DNA of 28,363 nucleotides from a virus (taxonomy: Duplodnaviria > Caudoviricetes). The DNA lies in IMG/VR virus record IMGVR_UViG_3300037524_000296, positions 1-28,363 of that record. The stretch is one strand, 5' to 3'. Of this stretch, positions 16,891-26,012 are shown piece by piece. Numbering within the stretch: the stretch's first letter is position 1; every line of letters begins with the position of its first letter. Below the pieces are notes generated by a model. That model worked only from the letters and a program-made list of their open reading frames with translations, did no database searches and was not told the DNA's origin. The position numbers were made by a program, and so were the translations under genes.

Positions 16891-19680
16891 TTACTTATTT
16901 CCTATACTTGCCCTACCTTGTACCCAACGCATTCTATTATCAGTCTCTTTCCACTCCTGCCAACTAACAAACATTGGGTTTTCTTTAAGTGCTCTTGCAA
17001 CCTCATTACCTATTCTTGCATAGTCAAGCATATTTTCTGCAGTTGGTATGTTTGGTGTTGGTGCTGCAACTGTACCACCTTCAGCATATCCACGAAGACG
17101 CATACCTTCCAATGTTTCAAGCATACCTTGTGCCTGTGGATTCCTAACTATTCTCTGTGGAACTACATATTCTCCTGCATGCACTATACCTGCTGGTTCA
17201 TATTTACCACCTTTCTTAGTGAAACCACCTTCAGCATATGTTGGCTGTTTACTTATTGTAGCTATTTGTACAGCACCTAATGCTGCATAAACACCAGCCA
17301 TGATTAGACCTAATGGGAAACCAGACTTTAATGCTGATAATACTGCCAATGCTGTATTAATAACTGCATCAACAATAGCTTGTGTCTTTCTTAATTTAGC
17401 TGCTTTCTTTTCCTCATTCTGTTTATCAATGAGTAACTGATTTTCTATTCTGGCTTTCTCTTGTTCTGCAGTAATTTCAGCTTCTCTTGCATCATTTTTA
17501 GCTGCTTCTTCTTCTCGAATCTGTGCAAGTATATCATCATACCTCTCACCTTCTGCATCAGCCAATAAGTCATTTAATTCATTTAAACTATCTGCATAGT
17601 CTTCCTGAAGTTTCTTCTTCTCGTCAATAATTTCTTCCTGAATTTCAATTTCTGCTTTGGCTTTATCTTCAAGTATTTTAATCTCAGCTTCTGCTTCTGC
17701 TTCAGCATTCTGAATAGCTAAGTCAAATGCAGCATTAGCTAAATCTCTTGAAGCACCTATTAGTTCGCCATATTTTGTGAAGAATTTATCTAAACCTTCA
17801 CTGTATCTTTCATTAAGAGTTTTGGCAACATTGGCTTGTCCAGCTAATTCATTAGTGTTTTCAACAAGAATGCCATTAATCTCTTTATTAACATTGGAAA
17901 TTTCCTCGTCAATTTTTAGTATTTGAGATTTGATTTCTAAATCAACATTCCAAGTATCAATAATTTCTTTTTCAATTTCAAGCATTTTTGCTCTAACTGC
18001 ACCAATTTCTTCTTCTGATTTTTTCTGTTTTATTAATTCAGCTTCTTCCTTTTGTAAGTCTAATAATTGTTTATTTAAATCAATATCCTTTTGTATATTA
18101 TTTTTAGCATCACTTTCAAAAGATTGCTTCTGTAATTCTAATGCGTCTTTATCATATTGAAGTAATAAAATTTTTCTCTTGTTTGTCTCACTAAGATTTT
18201 TTAAAATACTATCAGTAATCTGCATTATCTTATTACTATAATGCAATGTTTCAATATCATTGTTTAATGATAGTTTTTTAGCTTGTACTTCAGTTAAGTA
18301 GCCAGCGTTTAAATCATCATTTATCTGCTTTCTTTCTTCAGCAAGCCTCTTTAATTCTTCATTGGAATTAACAGCATCTTTAAGTATCTTATCCTTATCA
18401 ATTTCTATATTTAACTCTTCTTTCGATATGTCTCTATTTCTGACTCTTAATCCATATGCATTACTTTCAATCACACTCAACAACGCCAACAATTCAAATT
18501 TACTTTGACTGAGTTTTATTTCCTCAGTTAAATCATCAATGAGTTTTTTCCTATCTTCAGCAGCTTTTTTATCTGCTGCTGCTTTTTCATCTGCAGTTTT
18601 CTTTTCCTGTGCAGCTTTTTCTTGTGCTATTTTAGCTTCTTCCTGTCTTTTCTTATTTAAATTAATCTGTTTAATACCTAACAATTCCAATTGGAAGTTA
18701 GCGTCTTTAAGTGCTTTAGCTTCGTCTTCAGTTAAGTCTTGTTTTTTAGAAAGTATGTCAACTATTTCCTGATTTCTCTTTTTCTGTAAGTCAAGTATCT
18801 CTTGTTCTTTACCACCAATTTCAGTTAATAATGCTAATTGATTTTCAAATTCGTCATTAGTATCTATAATTGTTTCCTTATATTTCTTTGCAGCAGCATC
18901 CAATTCGTTCTGTTTAACAATAGCTTCGTCAAATGCTTTGCCTATATTTTTGAAATCACCTTGGAATATAGCAGTAATTGCAGCACCCAAACCTTTCAAT
19001 AATGCTTTAATGCTACCAACCTTTTCAATCATTTTATCGAAGAAGCCAATAACTGCTTTAAGTGGTGCAAGAAGTAGACTATTACTTTCTCTTACACCAT
19101 CCAATGCCTTCTTACCAGCACTCTTTATCTTATCAAAATTGGCAATAATAACACCTAATAATACTACCAACGCACCAATACCAGTACTGATTAATGCTGT
19201 TTTAACACCATTACCAAAGAGTTTTGCTGCAATAGTACTTTCCTGCCAGCCTTTAACTGTTGCTTTTAACGCTGCTACATTCTTAGCTGAGAATGCTTCT
19301 GTGAGTTTCTTTAAACCATCAGTAACTGCAAACAATCCACCAACCTTCTTAATGACTGCTTCCATTTCCTTACCAGTCTTTTCACCAAAGATAAGTGAAG
19401 CACCTGCTGCTGCTTGGAATGCACCAACAAGTCCTTGTCCCATTTTGTTAACTGCTTCAGCTTTCTCAGTTGAAGTTATACCTTCTAAGCTGGTGTTAAC
19501 CTCTTTTAATTTTGAGTTGGCTTTCTTAGCCAAATCACCCATAGCAGTAAATTCCTTACTGGTTGTGGCAACGCCTTTTAACTCATTATTAATCTCTGCT
19601 GTTACTTCTTCCAATTGTTGCAATGACTGCACGCCTTGCAACTTGATTTGTAATTCAACAACTCTACTTTGGTTTGCCAT
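16891..19680 (-). CDS. Tape measure protein
   Basis: 929 aa, helical/coiled coil; ALISTGIGALVV.LG..IAN and C-terminal YAEGG...AGIVHAGEYVVP motifs. Confidence 0.85.
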   Translation of the reverse strand: MANQSRVVELQIKLQGVQSLQQLEEVTAEINNELKGVATTSKEFTAMGDLAKKANSKLKEVNTSLEGITSTEKAEAVNKMGQGLVGAFQAAAGASLIFGEKTGKEMEAVIKKVGGLFAVTDGLKKLTEAFSAKNVAALKATVKGWQESTIAAKLFGNGVKTALISTGIGALVVLLGVIIANFDKIKSAGKKALDGVRESNSLLLAPLKAVIGFFDKMIEKVGSIKALLKGLGAAITAIFQGDFKNIGKAFDEAIVKQNELDAAAKKYKETIIDTNDEFENQLALLTEIGGKEQEILDLQKKRNQEIVDILSKKQDLTEDEAKALKDANFQLELLGIKQINLNKKRQEEAKIAQEKAAQEKKTADEKAAADKKAAEDRKKLIDDLTEEIKLSQSKFELLALLSVIESNAYGLRVRNRDISKEELNIEIDKDKILKDAVNSNEELKRLAEERKQINDDLNAGYLTEVQAKKLSLNNDIETLHYSNKIMQITDSILKNLSETNKRKILLLQYDKDALELQKQSFESDAKNNIQKDIDLNKQLLDLQKEEAELIKQKKSEEEIGAVRAKMLEIEKEIIDTWNVDLEIKSQILKIDEEISNVNKEINGILVENTNELAGQANVAKTLNERYSEGLDKFFTKYGELIGASRDLANAAFDLAIQNAEAEAEAEIKILEDKAKAEIEIQEEIIDEKKKLQEDYADSLNELNDLLADAEGERYDDILAQIREEEAAKNDAREAEITAEQEKARIENQLLIDKQNEEKKAAKLRKTQAIVDAVINTALAVLSALKSGFPLGLIMAGVYAALGAVQIATISKQPTYAEGGFTKKGGKYEPAGIVHAGEYVVPQRIVRNPQAQGMLETLEGMRLRGYAEGGTVAAPTPNIPTAENMLDYARIGNEVARALKENPMFVSWQEWKETDNRMRWVQGRASIGNK

Positions 19681-19681
19681 G

Positions 19682-21685
19682 TTACAATTGCTTTATTAAT
19701 TTTAATTCAGCTATCTGTTTTACCACATCATAGTTCGAAATAGATAGTATTGAATATATCTGGTTATTATATTTTACTGGCGTATTAATCTGCATAGCAC
19801 GCCAATCCACATCAGTCATTATCATATCTAATGTAATTACCTCTGAATTTCTGTAACGATTGTATTTGTTCTTATGAAATTTGGTGTAAATTGTGTCACC
19901 AAAATCATTGTTATCTGCCAGAATAAGAGAGAAATCAGTGGTGTTACTTACACCAGTACTTGAAGCTAACATTAAATAAATACTCTGCATATAGCTTGCA
20001 AGCATAACTTCTACATTAGTGCTTGAGCCAGTGGGATTTGCACCAGCTTCCTCAAGTGTTTGATTAATTATATCTCTATAACTTGTTAATGCAAATGGAC
20101 TTGAGAATGGTATTTTCTGGTTTACATCATCAAAGTTGAAGTAGAAAAAGTCTGATTGTGCACCTTTACTACTACGCTGTTCGAAATCACTATTACTTAT
20201 TCCATAGTAATATAAAAGCACTGGCTTACCATTATACTGTATTGTTTCTTCTGTATTGTACACTATCGTATCAGTGTCTTTCTTATTGAAGTTTTTGCCT
20301 GTGTTATCTTCTGGCACTTGCTTACTAATAAATGGAATGAAAAATACATGGTCGTCAGTGCTTTTATCTACATCGCTGAAATTATATTTGTTCCTAATCC
20401 TCATCGTCTTAACTGCTGGTGCACCAAATTCCTTTATGTTTATCTCACCATCAGTTGTACCTTTGTAATTAAAAACTTCACTAAATAAATTATCACTACC
20501 AGCAGCACGATAACTTGTGAATAAGTTATATGCGCTTGTACCACTACTTGCTATGTACCTATTATCACCAAGTATCCTTTGGTTAGTTATTTCATCAAAA
20601 CTTATGCTTGGGTCGTAATCATCAACTCTTTCAATAACTGGTGTACCTATTACTTTATTGTCAATATTATATGGTGCTATTTTACTGCCAAACATTACAT
20701 CATATGTTTCGAATGTTACTGTCTGAGAGTTAGCATCAAAAACCATATATAAATTAAACAGTTTAACAACATTTTCCATGAAATCCAGACATTCTACATC
20801 TGGCATAAACTTAGCTGTATCAAGCATTAATGTACCAGCACCACAACTACTACCAGTTATTGATACACCATTACTGCAATAACATGCTCTGTCATATACA
20901 TCAGTGTCACCAACATATGGAACAATTATCTTCTTGATATTTGCATCTTCCCAGAATGAGCCACCCATACTCCAACCAACTTCTGCAAGCATGTATTCCA
21001 TCATACTTTTTAAATAAAAAGCCAATGGAATTTGGTGCATATACATTTCATTCTCACCTATTGAAGAATGATTAATCAGATATGCCCAATTCTGCCTGTC
21101 TCTTTCACGCTGAAATATGTGGTTAGTTGTACCATTGCTGTCAACGATAGTGTCTGTTAAGCCAGTAAAAACGCTTGTGGGACAGTAAAAAGTGTTATAG
21201 TATATTAATGGAAATTGATATGGTGTTTCGTCTGAGTTCGTAAATCCACTTGCAATATGCGCACGAATTGTATCTTCATATGCCCAAGGTATTTTTGGAC
21301 ATACTGTTAAGTCCTGCATATTTAAGTCTGTTAATGAATCTACAAGTTGTGTTAATTTAGAATAGAATATGCATTTATATTCACCTTCTTCAATTGACTG
21401 TAACTCAAGCTGCCCAGATAACAACAACAAATCATTGTTAAATACCTTAACTGAAATTGGGTTTACTTTAAATATGTTCTTAACATTTGGTGCACCAGCA
21501 AAGCCAAATATTTCCATATTATTTCTCGTTATTGGAAGTGAGAATGAATATGAAAATTCGCCATAGCGTGCTTCAATGTCCTGCAAGTCATCAGCCACAC
21601 GATTCATTTTAATAGACAAATCCTCTGCTTTAGCATAGTCTATTTGTCTACCATCGTAAGTTATTATTTTAATGTTTGTTATCAT
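19682..21685 (-). CDS. Tail tip / hub-like structural protein
   Basis: 667 aa adjacent to the tape measure; D......R...FS..F.LP....N..IF N-terminal motif of Bacteroidota siphovirus tail proteins. Confidence 0.6.
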   Translation of the reverse strand: MITNIKIITYDGRQIDYAKAEDLSIKMNRVADDLQDIEARYGEFSYSFSLPITRNNMEIFGFAGAPNVKNIFKVNPISVKVFNNDLLLLSGQLELQSIEEGEYKCIFYSKLTQLVDSLTDLNMQDLTVCPKIPWAYEDTIRAHIASGFTNSDETPYQFPLIYYNTFYCPTSVFTGLTDTIVDSNGTTNHIFQRERDRQNWAYLINHSSIGENEMYMHQIPLAFYLKSMMEYMLAEVGWSMGGSFWEDANIKKIIVPYVGDTDVYDRACYCSNGVSITGSSCGAGTLMLDTAKFMPDVECLDFMENVVKLFNLYMVFDANSQTVTFETYDVMFGSKIAPYNIDNKVIGTPVIERVDDYDPSISFDEITNQRILGDNRYIASSGTSAYNLFTSYRAAGSDNLFSEVFNYKGTTDGEINIKEFGAPAVKTMRIRNKYNFSDVDKSTDDHVFFIPFISKQVPEDNTGKNFNKKDTDTIVYNTEETIQYNGKPVLLYYYGISNSDFEQRSSKGAQSDFFYFNFDDVNQKIPFSSPFALTSYRDIINQTLEEAGANPTGSSTNVEVMLASYMQSIYLMLASSTGVSNTTDFSLILADNNDFGDTIYTKFHKNKYNRYRNSEVITLDMIMTDVDWRAMQINTPVKYNNQIYSILSISNYDVVKQIAELKLIKQL

Positions 21686-23706
21686 TATACTGTAACATTG
21701 TTTTCATAAATCGTCCAGTCGAATGTAATGTCAATACTAAACAAATCTTCAAGACTGCTTTTCTTGTAATCATATTCAACTAAATTAAGATAGTTTTGAT
21801 TAGCAGATTCTGTTGAATATATATTATTGGATTGTATCATTTCCATTAACCAGTCAAAATGGTCACTATCTATCCAGCCAGTATTAACGCTAATTTTCTT
21901 AACTATCTTAGTGTTATATGTAGCTACATTCCTCTGTCCTGCACTTATGCTTCCATTGGTATTATAATTAAGTGGTATCGTATATGTATCACTTGTACGA
22001 GAAATTGTTTCTTCTACTGTACCAATAAAGTCAAATGAGTCATATGTACCATGCTGTCCTTGGAATAATACACCAAATTTTCTTGGCATTTCGTCAATCT
22101 CAAAGCGATATGATTTAGTCTCAGTATATTGAATAGTACCACCTGAAGCATAAATAGCTAAATCTAATCTCTTAATCTTTCTATTGGTGCTACCAGATAC
22201 TTCATAAGCACCCAAACCAAGTTTGTCATAACTGATATTTAATATTAAACATCCACCTGCATTAGTTCCACCAGTAGAAATGTCAAAGAATGTAACACCT
22301 GTTACTTGTGTGCCATCATAGAAATACATGTCACCACGACAATCCAAATCTGTACCATAGTCACGAGGTAGAATGAAATACAAGAATTCGTTCCCACTTC
22401 TCTGTATCTGTTTTGGACTTGGACTATTAGTTAAAAATTCTACTGGTAATTCAATATGCTCCTGCATATTATTAGCAGCGTATCTGTCAAGTGCTGAGTT
22501 AATTACCCATTGCACACCTGTTTCAGTCTTATAACGCTTCTTAATAGTATTTGTATTTGGCACAAGTGGATATAGTTCTGATAGTTTAACATAGTATGGC
22601 TGCATAACTGTTGGTAACATTGTAGCACCAGTCATATTCATATTTGGCATTGGTGTACTTACTTGTGATTTAAGTATGCTTGAAATATCAAATCTGTGTA
22701 TATTACTTGGATTAAATGGCAGTATCAATTCAGCTATCCTGTTAAAGTCAGTTGTTTGTCCAGTTTGTGGATATTGATTTGTCACATCAGTATTTGCCAT
22801 AACCTCACAACTGATTGAATAGTTATCTGTAATTTGTCCATCGCAATAATCAGTACCAACCTGTGTCTGTGTAACAGTTATTCCAGTCGTACTTGCTATT
22901 ACATTACTGCTGCTTAAATTCAATCTGCTTCCAGTCTCTTTTGCAGCCAATGTAACCACAGTACCACTATTATTAACATAATATACTTTTGGTATAACTG
23001 AATCATTCTGTAATACTTCAGCTAAACTGGTGCAAATCTCTGTTAATGAGTTAGTACCTGCTGGTGTACCATATTGATTTGTTAATGTTGAAGCCAAGAA
23101 ATAGTTTGGTTTGCTTGGATATGACTTAGCATAGAATGTTTGTGAGTAGACATATGGTGAGGTTAGATTAAACTTCAAGCTAAAACCATCAGCCAAAGTA
23201 CCAGCAACTGTCAATGTTGTTACACTATTCTTTGGGTTTGGGGTATTAACTTTAGTTGCAACATCAATTATTATTGGATTTTCAACTGCTGTCAATCCTG
23301 TTGGTGCTTGTACTACGAAATCACCAGTACGAAATTCACCATCCTCAACAACTAAATCTAAAGCTGTTACATAACAAGGTGGCACATGACTATCTTGTAC
23401 AGCTATATCATAAATACCTGCTGTTAAGCCAGTGAATGTAAATGTATCGTTAGTTCCACTATAACCTAAAGCACCATTAATATAAAAATATGTAGTGCCA
23501 GTTGCACCAGTTGTACCAACATAAATGCTGCCATCGTCATCGCCTCTTACAGTAACATCAGTAACTGAAGTACCAGTGATTGCCAAAAGACAACCCACTG
23601 GTGGTGCACCACAACCTTCTTCTGGAATGTCGCCACCACCTAATAATTCATATTGAGAATTTTCCCAATTCCATTCATCAGTATAATTGCCAATTGGATA
23701 ACCCAT
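21685..23706 (-). CDS. Tail structural protein with N-terminal SprB-like repeat
   Basis: TDVT..G..DGSI......G.......F.GL.AG.Y...V.D (SprB-like); C-terminal F....G..DSF.F and NTGW......W..E...S..IY. Confidence 0.6.
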   Translation of the reverse strand: MGYPIGNYTDEWNWENSQYELLGGGDIPEEGCGAPPVGCLLAITGTSVTDVTVRGDDDGSIYVGTTGATGTTYFYINGALGYSGTNDTFTFTGLTAGIYDIAVQDSHVPPCYVTALDLVVEDGEFRTGDFVVQAPTGLTAVENPIIIDVATKVNTPNPKNSVTTLTVAGTLADGFSLKFNLTSPYVYSQTFYAKSYPSKPNYFLASTLTNQYGTPAGTNSLTEICTSLAEVLQNDSVIPKVYYVNNSGTVVTLAAKETGSRLNLSSSNVIASTTGITVTQTQVGTDYCDGQITDNYSISCEVMANTDVTNQYPQTGQTTDFNRIAELILPFNPSNIHRFDISSILKSQVSTPMPNMNMTGATMLPTVMQPYYVKLSELYPLVPNTNTIKKRYKTETGVQWVINSALDRYAANNMQEHIELPVEFLTNSPSPKQIQRSGNEFLYFILPRDYGTDLDCRGDMYFYDGTQVTGVTFFDISTGGTNAGGCLILNISYDKLGLGAYEVSGSTNRKIKRLDLAIYASGGTIQYTETKSYRFEIDEMPRKFGVLFQGQHGTYDSFDFIGTVEETISRTSDTYTIPLNYNTNGSISAGQRNVATYNTKIVKKISVNTGWIDSDHFDWLMEMIQSNNIYSTESANQNYLNLVEYDYKKSSLEDLFSIDITFDWTIYENNVTV

Positions 23707-23728
23707 GTCTATATCTTTTTAATTTAAA

Positions 23729-24109
23729 TTATAATGCTTGTTGTATTACGCCACCATCTGGAAATAAACCTTCACTGAAATTACAATAGCGATTCTCTTT
23801 ACAGTCATGTGCATAACCTATAATATCTTCATAGTAATATGTACCTGCACCACCTGCTGGAATTGGACATGTGGCATTAATCCAACCTTCCCAAACCAAA
23901 CTACCATTCTGATAGTATTCCTGCCAGTATCTGAATCTTATTGTTAATGCTGGGTGTGCACCACTTACAGTAAAACTAATGTTTCTACTCCAAGTTTGAT
24001 AGTGACAGTATTCGTCAGTATATTCTCTGTAATCAGTACAATAACCAAAATCTGCTGTTACTGTTACGCTTGTGGGTGTGTTAGCACTACAAAACCAATA
24101 TGTTGCCAT
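23729..24109 (-). CDS. Hypothetical Cys/aromatic-rich protein
   Basis: 126-aa ORF filling the gap in the tail operon; 6 Cys and many Tyr/Trp. Confidence 0.6.
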   Translation of the reverse strand: MATYWFCSANTPTSVTVTADFGYCTDYREYTDEYCHYQTWSRNISFTVSGAHPALTIRFRYWQEYYQNGSLVWEGWINATCPIPAGGAGTYYYEDIIGYAHDCKENRYCNFSEGLFPDGGVIQQAL

Positions 24110-24120
24110 AATATATTTAT

Positions 24121-24579
24121 TTAAATTGCTACTGGTGCAAACATTTCAACTAAATCATCAGCTATAACCACAGCTAAATCATCAGCCACAGCAAATGCTG
24201 CATAGTCTGCTACACCAGTTTCTACTTTATCTACATAATTTTTTCCTTTAATACCACGCTTATAAATGGAAGTTTGTATTGCAAATGCCAATTGGTTTAT
24301 AGTTTGTCCATTTCTGGGGCGTATTCCATATTGTTTTATCCAAGGTATTAAGTCTTTTATTGGCACTCTTCGTATGTTTGGTCTCCTACCACTGCTGACA
24401 TATGGATAATATGCAGCAACTTCCATTTGAATACCATCCTTTGTTACATAATATTTCACACTTTTAGCCAAATCAGAGTTAGCTTTAACACCTGATTTGG
24501 TGATAGTCATGAGAGTTATCTTCTGTAATTCTTTAAGTAACTCAGTAAGCATGGTTGTTATTTCGTTCTTATCTGCCAT
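24121..24579 (-). CDS. Putative neck/tail completion protein
   Basis: S.L..S..Y, Y..YV..GRRP....P...L..W, LAFAI...I...GI motif set. Confidence 0.55.
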   Translation of the reverse strand: MADKNEITTMLTELLKELQKITLMTITKSGVKANSDLAKSVKYYVTKDGIQMEVAAYYPYVSSGRRPNIRRVPIKDLIPWIKQYGIRPRNGQTINQLAFAIQTSIYKRGIKGKNYVDKVETGVADYAAFAVADDLAVVIADDLVEMFAPVAI

Positions 24580-25034
24580 TATTCAGCGTCATTAAAATAT
24601 TCATTAATATCTACTGTACATATGTCACGCTTCATAGTAATAGTAATATCATATCGTACACCAGCCACATAGTCGTCAGAGTATTCTCTAACTGATATTG
24701 CATTAGCTGCAGTTAAATTAAAACCACTGCTTGTATCGCTTTTAACTTTCATTATAATAGCGTCACCAATTGCTTTTGCAAGCGATATGGCTTGGTGACT
24801 ATCATTAATGTCATCTTGTTTTGTATATAGAAACACATTAAAAGCAAATTGAATTGTATCAATTGGCTTATCTAAATTCATATCAACTGTATATGGTAAC
24901 TCATAGAAACATAGTGGATATTTATCGTCTGTATTATTAGCAATATCATAGTTATTACCTACAAGAAATTGTTCTACATCCTTGTGTTTTAAGCTGACAG
25001 TCTGCCAATAATCTTTCAAATTCTCTAATGTCAT
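24579..25034 (-). CDS. Putative tail terminator/completion protein
   Basis: 151 aa, acidic; YPL and D.VAG....I.. motifs; position within the tail operon. Confidence 0.5.
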   Translation of the reverse strand: MTLENLKDYWQTVSLKHKDVEQFLVGNNYDIANNTDDKYPLCFYELPYTVDMNLDKPIDTIQFAFNVFLYTKQDDINDSHQAISLAKAIGDAIIMKVKSDTSSGFNLTAANAISVREYSDDYVAGVRYDITITMKRDICTVDINEYFNDAE

Positions 25035-25043
25035 GGTATTATC

Positions 25044-25060
25044 TTTCTTATATAAACAAT
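25044..25060 (-). promoter_or_regulatory. Late-promoter-like motif ATTGTTTATATAAGAAA
   Basis: Identical to 13912-13928; core lies ~17 nt before ATG 25034, directly downstream of a terminator-like hairpin. Confidence 0.6.
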
Positions 25061-25068
25061 GTTGCTGG

Positions 25069-25124
25069 AAAAAAGAAAGTGGCTAATGGGAAACGAAAAT
25101 GGCAAGAAAAAACCCATTAGCCAC
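25069..25124 (-). terminator. Terminator-like hairpin (12-bp perfect stem, 22-nt loop, U tract)
   Basis: GTGGCTAATGGG (25079-25090) pairs with CCCATTAGCCAC (25113-25124); followed by UUUCUUUUUU on the minus strand. Confidence 0.65.
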
Positions 25125-25184
25125 CAGAAAGAATAAAATTAAAACTATTACACAAATATAAACAATATTTTTTAATTCAAAACA

Positions 25185-25490
25185 TTATCTTTTCGATTTT
25201 ATCTTTGCGTCTTGTTGTGCTTTTTTTATAGCAGCTTCTTGTATGTCATATAACATTTCGTCATGCAATATCTTTACTGAATAGAAGTGAAGTGCTTGTG
25301 CACAAGTCGTCTTATATATTTGAGATAAATACGAAAGATTCCAGTCGCACAACGAGTAAGCAACTCCTTGCCAGCCAGCTTTTTCAGAGTATTCTCTACT
25401 GATTCTATTTGTTTCACTATCACTTCCTTTTGGGTTTCTGGTTTCGAAAATGACTGGAAAAGATTTGAAAACAGCACTACGCTGCGAGAA
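25185..25490 (-). CDS. -1 frame extension of the tail assembly chaperone (GT-like product, ~274 aa in total)
   Basis: 101 open codons in the -1 frame from the T9 run to TAA at 25187-25185, with no start codon of its own near the 5' end. Confidence 0.75.
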   Translation of the reverse strand, partial: FSQRSAVFKSFPVIFETRNPKGSDSETNRISREYSEKAGWQGVAYSLCDWNLSYLSQIYKTTCAQALHFYSVKILHDEMLYDIQEAAIKKAQQDAKIKSKR

Positions 25491-26008
25491 AAAAAAAGCG
25501 ATAATGAATGTGCTATTGTTATTGGTAAGTTCTCAAACTCTTTTGCCCTTGCCATAATGTCGTAATCGTCTATGCTTTCAAATACGCCATTGGCTTTCCT
25601 CTGCTTGCACATAATTGCGAGTATGGTTGGCAATGCATTCTGTGTATTTCCACTATATGACTCAATAACATTTTCAATGGAAATAAAGTCCTGAAACTCC
25701 ATATCAACTAAATTCTGTCCACAGTAATAATGCTTTCCATTAAAGTCAAATTCCAATATTGGTGTGTCTGGCAATGGTTTAGCTATAAATTCAACATTCT
25801 CAAATAGCTTTATAATATCAGTTAATTTAGCTTTCTTTAGTTCGTCAATTGGTATGCCAGCATAACCAGATAATATAGCAAATTTCTTCATGTCTTCCAA
25901 TACAATCTTCTCTGTATCTTCAGTAACTTTCATTTGCATTTTAAGCGTGACTTCTTCCCATTTGGTTGGAATGGTGTATTTCTTTCCATTTAATTCTATC
26001 TGCTTCAT
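25274..26008 (-). CDS. Putative tail assembly chaperone (G-like product)
   Basis: IP..W.EVTL, F..FI..E, LP..LA... pattern; LFF is encoded by CTT TTT TTT, a slippery run. Confidence 0.7.
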   Translation of the reverse strand: MKQIELNGKKYTIPTKWEEVTLKMQMKVTEDTEKIVLEDMKKFAILSGYAGIPIDELKKAKLTDIIKLFENVEFIAKPLPDTPILEFDFNGKHYYCGQNLVDMEFQDFISIENVIESYSGNTQNALPTILAIMCKQRKANGVFESIDDYDIMARAKEFENLPITIAHSLSLFFSRSVVLFSNLFQSFSKPETQKEVIVKQIESVENTLKKLAGKELLTRCATGIFRIYLKYIRRLVHKHFTSIQ

Positions 26009-26012
26009 AATT

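Noticed and set aside
18938-19699. 253-aa plus-strand ORF and the other short plus-strand ORFs over structural genes
   Set aside because: Antisense shadows of well-supported minus-strand genes, with no independent coding signal.
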